This document shows positions 1-8,519 of a DNA stretch of 44,484 bases, piece after piece. The translations under genes were made by a program, and so were the position numbers. Below the pieces are notes generated by a model. It was not told the DNA's origin and searched no databases. It was given only the letters and a program-made list of their open reading frames with translations. The stretch lies in NCBI GenBank assembly GCA_964477455.1, contig CAYZHG010000100.1, forward strand, positions 1 to 44,484, read 5' to 3'. Origin of the DNA: an uncultured Gammaproteobacteria bacterium. Lineage in GTDB: Bacteria > Patescibacteriota > Patescibacteriia > Magasanikbacterales > GWA2-37-8. Positions within the stretch are counted from its first letter, which is position 1; every line of letters begins with the position of its first letter.

Positions 1-1918
1 CCGCCGAAATTTCATTGACAGTGCGATCATCCGTTCGCTCAAATAAATAATAGCCATTTTTAGGAATAATACGGTTAATTGTTTTGACCGTAGTAACTTC
101 TTTATCGCCAATCATTAATTTCCACCAATGAGACGTATTGTTTGCGGGAAATAAATTTATATCCTGATCGGTGTTGTTGTATAGTTCGATATATTCATCT
201 TCACTAGTGCCTGCTGAGGTGCCAGCCCAAGCAATTTCGTTGATTACTACGTCTGGGGCGGGTGGTAATGGTTCTGCTGTTGGATATGGAGTTACAGGGG
301 TTGTTGTGGTTGTTGTAGTGGTCGCTGAAGTAGTAGACGTACTAACTTCGACTGTCGTGGTTGTGATTAGAGTGGATGTTGTAGTTTCGATGGTAGAAGT
401 TGAGATATCTATTGTAGTGGTGGTGGAAGTTGGAGTGGAAACTACATCTATAGTTGTTGTGGCCAGATCTGTGGTTGTGGTAGTAGTTTCAACTATCGGG
501 GTTGAAGTAGCTACTATTTCTGTCGAAGTGGTTGAAATGGCTGAGGTTGGAACAGTTGTTTCTACAATAATCTGTTCAACAATTGGTGCGGCGGCTTGGT
601 TGCTACTACCGCCACCACTGGAATAATTTTTTGCTATAGTTGTTGGAGTAGAATATAATATCGTTGGATTAGTTGGTGGTTGTACTAGTGGTGGTGTTAT
701 TGGCGGTGTTTGGTCTTGTGGTGGAATTATAGCAATTGTTTTATTGGAAATTACCGGAGTTTTTATAACGGGAACATTTTTTATATCTTCTGTGGTTTCT
801 ATATTGTTATTATTATCTACAGGAATTGAATCATTATTTTGACCAGAGGTAAGTTGATCCGTTAGCGTTTGTGATTGAGCGGAATTATAAATATTTTCTG
901 CCACAGAAATTATTTTTCCCACTCCATTGTTTAATATTCCGCCAAATCCAACTCTAAAAAAAGGCACTTTTTCTTTTTCATTTTTTTGAGTTTCAGCGAG
1001 GAATAATTTTATAGTGTTGGCACTGTAGCCGATGGCTTTTGGGAGGAGGTGGGAGGTGTATGAAGAAAGAACAATACCATCTTTAATCGGATCTAAAGAT
1101 TTTTTATTATTATCTATGTTTGATAATTTGTTTCGCCAATTAAGTTCGCCTTCATCTATATATAATAAATACTGTGAATTATTAACATCATTTGTATAAT
1201 TACCAAAATAATTATTACCGCTTTTAGTTTGTAACAAATCTCTTTTATTTATTTCTAAAATATTATATTTATTACTTTCAATAGTCTTATCACTATAAAA
1301 ATTACCATTAGAATACTTAGCGGCTTCATCAAAAATATCTTCTAAACTATTTTTATTAAATACTTCGCCTTTAACATCTTTGCTTACTTTATCCCAATTA
1401 TTTTTTACATAATTTTCATAGGAATCTGGCGGCACTGCATGAATACTATCACGCGTATGTGCCGGTATCAACATGTCAGACACCAAATGAACATTGTGTC
1501 CCAAACCTTTAAACGCTAATTCAAAATTTCCTTTACGATAATCATTAACAGCTCTCTGCCAACTATTATCTCCACGTGAAAATTCTTTCTGACCACCAGG
1601 ATTTTTTGCCCAAACTTTGGCAGAATCATGTTGATTTACAAACCATAAGCCACGATTGTAAACTGGATCGTAAAAATGATTTAACCAACGAGTTGGCTCA
1701 TCCTCTTCAATTGCACCAGTTTTAATCCAATTAAATTGTTCAGCGGTAATTTTTTGAGCATTATTTTGATTATACAATTTTACTGCCAAACCAGCGATGC
1801 CTGGATGAGCAATATTGGTGTCATAACAAAAAACTTGACGTACTAACGTCAAGTTTAAAATAAATACAAAAATAATAAAAACAAAAAATCGACAATAATT
1901 ATTCCCTCCCTTTTTCAT
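1..1918 (-). CDS. Secreted multidomain protein, 3'-partial (runs off the window): signal peptide + zinc-dependent phospholipase-C-like domain + Thr/Pro-rich linker + lamin-tail domain (LTD)
   Basis: Absent from the supplied ORF track because it has no stop inside the window. I reverse-complemented and translated 1918->1 by hand. ATG at 1918 gives MKKGGNNYCRFFVFIIFVFILNLTLV (signal/TM). Next come HPGIAG, EEDEPTRWLNHFYDP, GLGHNVHLVSDMLIPAHTRD and PPDSYENY, a His/Asp pattern like the Zn-PLC family. About 150 aa of T/P/S-rich linker follows. The end reads VVINEIAWAGTSAGTSEDEYIELYNNTDQDINL...GYYLFERTD (LTD signature). The frame stays open for all ~639 codons. Confidence 0.75.
   Translation of the reverse strand, partial: MKKGGNNYCRFFVFIIFVFILNLTLVRQVFCYDTNIAHPGIAGLAVKLYNQNNAQKITAEQFNWIKTGAIEEDEPTRWLNHFYDPVYNRGLWFVNQHDSAKVWAKNPGGQKEFSRGDNSWQRAVNDYRKGNFELAFKGLGHNVHLVSDMLIPAHTRDSIHAVPPDSYENYVKNNWDKVSKDVKGEVFNKNSLEDIFDEAAKYSNGNFYSDKTIESNKYNILEINKRDLLQTKSGNNYFGNYTNDVNNSQYLLYIDEGELNWRNKLSNIDNNKKSLDPIKDGIVLSSYTSHLLPKAIGYSANTIKLFLAETQKNEKEKVPFFRVGFGGILNNGVGKIISVAENIYNSAQSQTLTDQLTSGQNNDSIPVDNNNNIETTEDIKNVPVIKTPVISNKTIAIIPPQDQTPPITPPLVQPPTNPTILYSTPTTIAKNYSSGGGSSNQAAAPIVEQIIVETTVPTSAISTTSTEIVATSTPIVETTTTTTDLATTTIDVVSTPTSTTTTIDISTSTIETTTSTLITTTTVEVSTSTTSATTTTTTTTPVTPYPTAEPLPPAPDVVINEIAWAGTSAGTSEDEYIELYNNTDQDINLFPANNTSHWWKLMIGDKEVTTVKTINRIIPKNGYYLFERTDDRTVNEISA
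245..720 (-). repeat. Low-complexity Thr/Pro/Ser-rich coding tract (degenerate ACN-rich repeats) inside the 1..1918 CDS
   Basis: Hand translation: ...QDQTPPITPPLVQPPTNPT...TSTEIVATSTPIVETTTTTTDLATTTIDVVSTPTSTTTTIDISTSTIETTTSTLITTTTVEVSTSTTSATTTTTTTTPVTPYPTAEPLPPAPD. The antisense strand gives the Val-rich artefact ORF 171..626. Confidence 0.8.
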
Positions 1919-1962
1919 ATATTGATATTATTAATTATAAAAACTAATTTATAAAAAAATAA

Positions 1963-2475
1963 TTATAAAGATTTAATATACCAAATTCCACCCGTGGTTT
2001 TTGTAAAATTAATCGAATGACCAAATTTTTTCCCATTATTTATGGTAGAAAAAGAATATGTAGACTCCCAACTATTTTCAGTTTCCTTTACAATTTTAGT
2101 ATCCAAATCATTAACCATTTGTTTTAACTCACCAGTTTCTTTTAATTTAATCAACCCTTCTTTCATCCTCACCCTATCTCCCACCCGAAAACAACAATTC
2201 ACCGCCTCATCAAAATCCTCTTTTTTCAAAGCGGCCAAAAATTTAGCGTGTGTTTCTTCTGGCGTCTGAATATTTGGTGCCAAATTTTCTGGATTTTGTG
2301 GGTACATAGCTTCAAGCTGTGTACTACTATAATCTGAAAATGGAAAATCCGGCCTTGCGGTACCGGACAACACTCTCGCCTGTTTTCCCAAAAACCAACT
2401 ATAAGCGCTAAAAATAGCGATTAAAGCCAAAACTACTACCCCCAACCATATCGCAATTTTATTACGCATAGTCAT
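1963..2475 (-). CDS. Hypothetical membrane-anchored protein (single N-terminal TM, small soluble domain)
   Basis: ORF-track 1963..2553, trimmed to the internal start MTMRNKIAIWLGVVVLALIAIFSAYSWFL (ATG at 2475). The upstream 78 nt of the ORF contain an intrinsic terminator. I recognise no family motif. Confidence 0.55.
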   Translation of the reverse strand: MTMRNKIAIWLGVVVLALIAIFSAYSWFLGKQARVLSGTARPDFPFSDYSSTQLEAMYPQNPENLAPNIQTPEETHAKFLAALKKEDFDEAVNCCFRVGDRVRMKEGLIKLKETGELKQMVNDLDTKIVKETENSWESTYSFSTINNGKKFGHSINFTKTTGGIWYIKSL

Positions 2476-2502
2476 TTGTGAGTTAAGAAATAAAAATTTT
2501 AT

Positions 2503-2540
2503 AAAAAAAATCTCGGTAGCATTTTGCCAATCCGAGATTT
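2503..2540 (-). terminator. Rho-independent terminator closing the large glycan operon
   Basis: Minus-strand RNA reads AAATCTCGG-AT-TGGCA-AAA-TGCTA-CCGAGATTT followed by TTTTT. That is a 9-bp outer stem plus a 5-bp inner stem (one G.U), a 3-nt loop and a U-run. It lies 83 nt downstream of the stop of the 2623..3528 gene. Confidence 0.7.
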
Positions 2541-2622
2541 CGTTCCCCCTCATATACTCATTGCTATAACTATTATATCACAATTTTATTTTCCTCTCGA
2601 ATATTCCTGTGGATAACTTTTT

Positions 2623-3528
2623 TTATTCCACTCCCCACTCCTTTTTTAGATCTTTGATACCAACTTCTAGTTTTACTTTAGGAATCCAACCGAGCGACTT
2701 CTTTGCCTTTGATATGTCCGCTTTAGCACGTTTCATTTCTCCTGATCTATCGGAAATCCGCACACTTTTACCACCGATATATTTTGCAATTTGATTTACG
2801 CTAGTCTCAACTCCTGATCCAATATTTATAGCATCACCATTTTTAAGTTTTGAATTCCAAGCCGCAATATTAGCATCCACCACATCACTCACATGGACAT
2901 AGTCTCTGGTCGCCTTTCCCGTTCCAACAATAGACATCGGCTTCCCTTCTTTTTTTAGCTGCAAAAAGGCTGGAATTACAAGTGGATATGAACCTTGTCC
3001 CGTTTTACGTGCACCATATACATTAAAATAACGCAAACAAACTGTTTCTATTCCATACAACGACGAAAACAATTGACAATACTTCTCTCCTATTAATTTA
3101 TGTAAACCATATGGACTTAATGGCAAAAAAGAACAATCTTCCTTAATCGGCATCGCCTGTACATTTCCATAAACAGCTCCAGATGAAGTAAAAATAACTT
3201 TTTTAACTTTATTTTTCCAAGCGGCAGTCAAAACATTTAATGTACCAGTCACGTTTATCTCATGAGTAGAAATCGGATCTTCTACTGAAATTTGCAACCT
3301 TGGATCGGCGGCTAAATGAAAAACAACTTCAACTCCTTTAAAGTATTTTGAAATCGTTTTGTAATCACGAATATCTGATTCAACAAATTTTGCCTTTTTA
3401 TTTACAAATTCCTTTTTACCAAGCATTAAATTATCTATCACGACTACCTGGTGACCGAGAGATACTAATTTGTCAGTTAAATGCGAACCAATAAAACCTG
3501 CCCCGCCAGTAACAACTATCTTTGACAT
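2623..3528 (-). CDS. NAD-dependent nucleotide-sugar epimerase (GalE-like extended SDR; candidate UDP-xylose or UDP-glucuronate 4-epimerase)
   Basis: MSKIVVTGGAGFIGSHL Rossmann motif, SPYGLHK (YxxxK), ~300 aa. It sits 1 nt after the stop of the UDP-glucose dehydrogenase gene. Confidence 0.85.
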   Translation of the reverse strand: MSKIVVTGGAGFIGSHLTDKLVSLGHQVVVIDNLMLGKKEFVNKKAKFVESDIRDYKTISKYFKGVEVVFHLAADPRLQISVEDPISTHEINVTGTLNVLTAAWKNKVKKVIFTSSGAVYGNVQAMPIKEDCSFLPLSPYGLHKLIGEKYCQLFSSLYGIETVCLRYFNVYGARKTGQGSYPLVIPAFLQLKKEGKPMSIVGTGKATRDYVHVSDVVDANIAAWNSKLKNGDAINIGSGVETSVNQIAKYIGGKSVRISDRSGEMKRAKADISKAKKSLGWIPKVKLEVGIKDLKKEWGVE

Positions 3529-3529
3529 A

Positions 3530-4936
3530 TTATTTTTTTCCTTTTAAAAATGGACTTCCCACTGCGATGATATCATAACCTAAATTCTGCAATTCATCAA
3601 ATTGAGCAGACAACATACGACGGCCGTCCATGATTAAATATGGAGCTGGACAATCAATTTTAATGATTTCACCAAGCGCTCTAAATTTAGGCCAATCAGT
3701 CAAAATCATACAGGCATCCGTTCCGGATAGTACTTCTTTTTCTGAACCATGATAACTTATTTTTTCAAACCTCTGATCTTTTGCTGGATCAAATAAGCTC
3801 ATAAACATTGGCATGGCAGCTGGATCATAAATTTTAATTTTTTCAACACCCTCATCTACTAAATGACGCACAATATCAATGGCTCCAGAATTACGAATAT
3901 CATTGGTATCTTGTTTGAAAGCCACTCCTAGAACAGCCACGCTCTTTTTTGACCAATTAAAGTTTGCTTCTCTTTTAGACCGACTAAAAAAATTATCGCG
4001 CTGAAAATTATTAGACATTAATGTTTGACGTACGTATGCCGCACTTACCCCAACCTCTTCCAATTGATGCGCTAAAGAAGCCGCATCTTTGATAAAACAA
4101 CTACCACCACAATAAACACTGTCGTAGAAACCCCAACTACCGATTCGATCATCACTAATCAAAACTTTTCTTAAATTTTCAAAATTAATTTTTGAAAAAG
4201 ATTCACATACTCGCCCAACTACATCAAAGGTAGTGGTAACCCTGTTGAACAATAAATAATTTGCTAACAATTTTCCAGCTGCGGCTTCCTGAGGATTGGT
4301 CTCCAAATATTTAATACTAGGGGAATTTAAAAATCTTGCATACACTTGACGCATAATTTTAAAATCCTCCTCCTTTTCAGCACCTACTACTACTCTATCT
4401 GGTCGTACCGAACCTTCGATAGCTTTTCCTTCAACAAGAAATTCCGGATTGGAAACTACACCGAAATTTTTGACACCATGTTCAAGCATAATTCGATTGG
4501 TCTCATCAATCATGTTGACTGGCACTGTACTCTTATTAATTATGACAATATATTTCTCTTGCAAACCATTATTCCTTTTTAATAAATTCTGCGCCAGCTT
4601 TTCAGCCGCAATGTAATAATAAGTCAAATCCGATTCACCTTCGGCACCATATTTTTCAGGTGTTGGCAAACACATAAAAATCGCATCAGTTTCATTTAGA
4701 TTGTCTATTACATTTTGATAATCGGCAGTAAACGAAATAGTATCTTTATTTTTTATCAACATTTCCCCCAAGCCATCTTCAAATAGACAGGATTCAATCA
4801 TCTCAATATTATTTGATCCCAGTTTTTTAATTTTTTCCTGATCAATATCGTATAATAAAACATCGTGTCCAGAATCAGCCATTACAGCCGCCGAACAGGT
4901 ACCAACAAATCCAGATCCAATATATAAAATTTTCAT
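3530..4936 (-). CDS. ugd: UDP-glucose 6-dehydrogenase family (nucleotide-sugar dehydrogenase)
   Basis: MKILYIGSGFVGTCSA (NAD-binding GxGxxG) and the catalytic-Cys motif GGSCFIKDAASL. The C-terminal UDP-binding region contains VAFKQDTNDIRNS. It is adjacent to a UDP-xylose synthase. Confidence 0.85.
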   Translation of the reverse strand: MKILYIGSGFVGTCSAAVMADSGHDVLLYDIDQEKIKKLGSNNIEMIESCLFEDGLGEMLIKNKDTISFTADYQNVIDNLNETDAIFMCLPTPEKYGAEGESDLTYYYIAAEKLAQNLLKRNNGLQEKYIVIINKSTVPVNMIDETNRIMLEHGVKNFGVVSNPEFLVEGKAIEGSVRPDRVVVGAEKEEDFKIMRQVYARFLNSPSIKYLETNPQEAAAGKLLANYLLFNRVTTTFDVVGRVCESFSKINFENLRKVLISDDRIGSWGFYDSVYCGGSCFIKDAASLAHQLEEVGVSAAYVRQTLMSNNFQRDNFFSRSKREANFNWSKKSVAVLGVAFKQDTNDIRNSGAIDIVRHLVDEGVEKIKIYDPAAMPMFMSLFDPAKDQRFEKISYHGSEKEVLSGTDACMILTDWPKFRALGEIIKIDCPAPYLIMDGRRMLSAQFDELQNLGYDIIAVGSPFLKGKK

Positions 4937-4942
4937 AATTTA

Positions 4943-5881
4943 TTAAATTACACTTTTAAAATATGCAATTGTTTTCAGAAGACCTTCCTGTAATTTTATT
5001 TTTGGCTCCCACTTTAAAATTTCCTTAGCCAAAGAAATATCAGGACATCGTCGTGTAGGATCGTCAACTGGCAGATCATTATAAACTAATTTACTTTTTG
5101 ATCCAGTCAGTTCAATTACTTTGTGAGCCAATTCACTAACTGTAAACTCGTCAGGATTACCCAAATTAATTGGCCCAACTGTATTTTCATCACTAGCCAT
5201 CATTTTTATAAATCCACCCACCAAATCATCTACATAACAAAAACTACGCGTTTGACTACCGTCGCCATAGATTGTAATATCCTCGCCTTTTAATGCTTGT
5301 ATTATAAAGTTTGAAACTACTCGTCCGTCATCGGGCGCCATGTTTGGACCATAAGTATTAAAAATTCTGACCACTTTAATTTTTAAATCATGAGTTCGAT
5401 AATAATCAAAAAATAAAGTCTCCGCACAGCGTTTACCTTCATCATAGCAGGCACGTGGACCGTCTGGATTTACATTTCCACGATAACTTTCTTTTTGAGG
5501 ATGTTCAATCGGATCGCCGTAAACTTCTGAAGTGGATGCCTGAAAAATTTTAGCATTTTTTGCACGTGCTAAACCCAGTATATTAATTACACCGACCGTA
5601 TTGGCTTTGATTGTTCGAATAGCATTGTTTTGATAGTGTACAGGCGAGGCTGGACAAGCTAAATTGTAAATTTCATCAATGCTTTCATCAATAAATAACG
5701 GATTAATAATGTCGTGTTCAATGAATTTAAAGTTGCTATTTCCTAAAAAAGGATTAATATTTTCTTTTGAGCTAGTCAAAAAATTATCTACACAAATAAT
5801 CCTATTTCCTTCGTCCAATAATCGTACACACAAATTCGAACCAACAAATCCAGCTCCTCCGGTAATTAAAATAGTTTTCAT
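4943..5881 (-). CDS. UDP-glucuronate decarboxylase (UDP-xylose synthase, UXS-type SDR)
   Basis: [83 protein letters not shown]. This is a near-textbook UXS signature. Confidence 0.9.
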   Translation of the reverse strand: MKTILITGGAGFVGSNLCVRLLDEGNRIICVDNFLTSSKENINPFLGNSNFKFIEHDIINPLFIDESIDEIYNLACPASPVHYQNNAIRTIKANTVGVINILGLARAKNAKIFQASTSEVYGDPIEHPQKESYRGNVNPDGPRACYDEGKRCAETLFFDYYRTHDLKIKVVRIFNTYGPNMAPDDGRVVSNFIIQALKGEDITIYGDGSQTRSFCYVDDLVGGFIKMMASDENTVGPINLGNPDEFTVSELAHKVIELTGSKSKLVYNDLPVDDPTRRCPDISLAKEILKWEPKIKLQEGLLKTIAYFKSVI

Positions 5882-6621
5882 ATAAAATATTGTTTAATTT
5901 TTGACAACAATCTTCTGATAATAAAAAAATGTGGCACCGTCAAACCGTTCTCTAACCAAGCTAATTTTAATTCATTCCAACCCTTTAAACGCTGTTTAAA
6001 ACCACTAGCACTAAATCCGCCTTCACGCATACAGACTAAAGTTTGATCTAAATATTTCACTACTATGTTTTTATTCAAAAACCTCAACATCAATTCATAG
6101 TCTGCAGCAATTTTAAATTTCAAATTAAAATTGCCAAAATTATCGTACAATGCTTTTCTTACAAAAAATGTTGGATGTGGCATTATCCAACCAGAAACTA
6201 ATTTTTTAACATTAAACTCTCCCGCCTTCCAATAACGAATACATTTCTTTGTATTATCTCTCTGAACATATTCAATATTCCCGTAGCAAGCATCGACTTT
6301 ATTTTTTTGAAAAACTTCCATTATATTTTTTAATACACTATCATTGGAAAAAAAATCATCCGAATTTAAAATTCCTATTATATCTCCTGATGCCAACCCA
6401 ACACCCTTATTCATGGCGTCATAGATACCTTTGTCTGGCTCGGAAATATACTTAGTTATTTTGTCTTTATATTTATTTATAATATCTAAAGTACCGTCTT
6501 TCGAATCACCGTCAATAATTATATACTCCAAAGAATCGCATTGCTGAGCAATGACGCTTTTTATAGTATCTTCAATAGTCTTTACGCTATTGAAACAAAC
6601 TGTAATTATTGATATTTTCAT
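5878..6621 (-). CDS. GT2-family glycosyltransferase
   Basis: [27 protein letters not shown]...[12 protein letters not shown]...NSDD. I chose the second Met (6621). The ORF-track start 6639 would overlap the upstream gene by 13 nt. Confidence 0.85.
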   Translation of the reverse strand: MKISIITVCFNSVKTIEDTIKSVIAQQCDSLEYIIIDGDSKDGTLDIINKYKDKITKYISEPDKGIYDAMNKGVGLASGDIIGILNSDDFFSNDSVLKNIMEVFQKNKVDACYGNIEYVQRDNTKKCIRYWKAGEFNVKKLVSGWIMPHPTFFVRKALYDNFGNFNLKFKIAADYELMLRFLNKNIVVKYLDQTLVCMREGGFSASGFKQRLKGWNELKLAWLENGLTVPHFFIIRRLLSKIKQYFI

Positions 6622-6626
6622 AACTT

Positions 6627-7664
6627 TTAAAAAAACCATTTAGCTACCGACAAAGCCCCTTGCTTCCATGGCACCCGATGAGAAACGCCAGATTTACCCT
6701 CAAAATTATCAAGGTTCGACAAATACCATTCATAATTACGAATTAGCGCCTGCTTATTAGAAAATTTTGGACTATATCCTAAAAATTTCTCTGCTTTTTC
6801 AATGGAAACAAAACTATCTTTACTTGCCGTTTCATAAACCCACTTATAAAGTGGTGACAATCTCATCATTTCTAATATGCGTAAACACCAAATCATGGGA
6901 GCCGCTGGAAAGCCGATTATTTTTTTACCAAATCCAGCTTTGTTGAGCACAGCTTGGTAATCTTCTTTCATGGTTGTAAAATCTTTAGCTCCAATATTAA
7001 ATATGTCATTCACCTTATCCTTTTCTAAAGTAGCACACAGATATATTGCTTCACACAAATCTTCGACATCCAATAGTTGATATCTATTTTTACCATCACC
7101 AATCATTGGAAAATTTTTACCATCTTTCGCCCAATCATAAAAAAGTGCAAACACACCGAGTCTCTCTGGACCGACAAAAGACTTAGGTCTGATTATAGAA
7201 ACGGATAAACCTTTTTTTTGATATTCCAAACAAACTTTTTCGGCTTGTATCTTTGCCTCTCCATAAGGACCCACTCCAATTAAATTGTCTGATTCAAATA
7301 GTGGATGGTGATCGGGAATCCCATAAACAGCTGTTGAAGAAATATGAATAAATCTTTGAACACTGTGCTTGAACGCACTCTCTACAACATTCGTGGTACC
7401 CTGAATATCTGTACTAAATATCTCTTCTTTTGTGTATAAAGGTAGTGCAGCAGCACAGTGCACCACAACATCAATTCCTTCCATGCATTTATCTACCATT
7501 TTACGATCTCGAATATCACCAAGCACAGCATCAATTTTATTTTTTTCAGGATAATCAAACTGAACAATATCCAAAGTTCTAACAGAGTGATTTCTTGCAA
7601 GTAAATAACGCGTTAAATTGATACCAAGAAATCCAGAACCTCCGCTTATTAAATATCTCGACAT
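6627..7664 (-). CDS. Extended-SDR NAD-dependent epimerase/dehydratase-family protein
   Basis: YLISGGSGFLGINLTRYLL, HCAA, SSTAVYG, catalytic YGEAK; 345 aa. It lies directly downstream of the UbiA-type gene. Confidence 0.8.
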   Translation of the reverse strand: MSRYLISGGSGFLGINLTRYLLARNHSVRTLDIVQFDYPEKNKIDAVLGDIRDRKMVDKCMEGIDVVVHCAAALPLYTKEEIFSTDIQGTTNVVESAFKHSVQRFIHISSTAVYGIPDHHPLFESDNLIGVGPYGEAKIQAEKVCLEYQKKGLSVSIIRPKSFVGPERLGVFALFYDWAKDGKNFPMIGDGKNRYQLLDVEDLCEAIYLCATLEKDKVNDIFNIGAKDFTTMKEDYQAVLNKAGFGKKIIGFPAAPMIWCLRILEMMRLSPLYKWVYETASKDSFVSIEKAEKFLGYSPKFSNKQALIRNYEWYLSNLDNFEGKSGVSHRVPWKQGALSVAKWFF

Positions 7665-7673
7665 ATATTATAA

Positions 7674-8519
7674 CTAAATATAAATTATGAAAAACATATA
7701 AATTACCCAACTAACAATACTACCAAAAACTATTTTATCAGCAAATATTAACTTTTCAGGATATTCAATTTCAGCTGACGAATATATCAAATATAAATAT
7801 CGAAACACACCCAGAACAACAAAAAAAATTGAATACACTACTAAATCGGGATGGTCACCCAAATGAAAACCTAGAATGCTGTAAAGACCATAAGACGCGA
7901 TCACCAAGCTACTAGAAACTGATAGTAATTGTCTTAAAAAATCATTACTATAATACTGCAAAACAACTCTTTTGTGAAGTTGACCTTGTTCACCTAGTCG
8001 TTTACCGATAATCACTAATAAACTAGCAAAAAAAACACACAGAATCAGCCAACTTGATATAGGTGTAGATGTAGCGAAACCACCTATCAATATCCTCAAT
8101 AAATAAAATACTGAGACAAGTAAAACATCAAAAACTACTATATGTTTAATTCTGTAGGAGTATATTAAATTTAAAAATACATAAATTAATAGAAGTGGAA
8201 TTGCTTTTGGAATAAAAATATAAGCCAAAATAATTCCGATAGAAAAAATAAAAGTAGCCATAAAAATAGCTGCTTTTATCGATATCTTACCAGAAGCGAT
8301 TGGACGATATTGTTTTTTGGGATGATTTTGATCAGTTTTTTTATCAAAAATATCATTGACTATATAAACTGTACTGGCAATGAAACAAAAAACCACAAAA
8401 GATAAAGATGCTTGCCAAATTTTATCCTTTCCAAAAAAATCTTGTGCAAAAAATATTGGCACAAAAACCAAGAAATTTTTAACCCATTGTTTAGGTCGTA
8501 ATAATGTTAAATAAGCCAT
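7674..8519 (-). CDS. UbiA-superfamily polyprenyl-phosphate phosphoribosyltransferase-like protein (DPPR-synthase-like)
   Basis: N-terminal LLRPKQWVKNFLVFVPIFFA motif, NDIFDKKTDQNHPKKQYRPIASG (NDxxDxxxD ... RPxxSG), and about 8 TM segments. Confidence 0.75.
   Translation of the reverse strand: MAYLTLLRPKQWVKNFLVFVPIFFAQDFFGKDKIWQASLSFVVFCFIASTVYIVNDIFDKKTDQNHPKKQYRPIASGKISIKAAIFMATFIFSIGIILAYIFIPKAIPLLLIYVFLNLIYSYRIKHIVVFDVLLVSVFYLLRILIGGFATSTPISSWLILCVFFASLLVIIGKRLGEQGQLHKRVVLQYYSNDFLRQLLSVSSSLVIASYGLYSILGFHLGDHPDLVVYSIFFVVLGVFRYLYLIYSSAEIEYPEKLIFADKIVFGSIVSWVIYMFFIIYI

Noticed and set aside
171-626. 151-aa plus-strand ORF rich in Val (VVVVVVVV...)
   Set aside because: It is the antisense shadow of the Thr-rich (ACN) linker of the minus-strand 1..1918 CDS. 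It is low-complexity, has no motif, and lies opposite a much longer domain-bearing frame.
950-990. Suspected frameshift at homopolymer runs (t7/a5) in the 1..1918 gene
   Set aside because: My first codon split produced a TAA. Re-indexing by coordinate (codon first bases at positions congruent to 1 mod 3) gives FFRVGFGGILNNGVGK with no stop. The apparent frameshift was my own error.
2476-2530. Possible promoter for gene 1963..2475 using TTGGCA (inside the terminator loop) and TATAAA
   Set aside because: The spacer is about 20 nt, outside the functional 16-18 nt range. AT-rich DNA yields many TATAAA-like hexamers.
2476-2553. N-terminal extension (MRGNEISDWQNATEIFFIKFLFLNSQ) of ORF 1963..2553
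   Set aside because: The extension spans the intrinsic terminator hairpin at 2503-2540. The internal Met at 2475 is followed immediately by a typical TM anchor.
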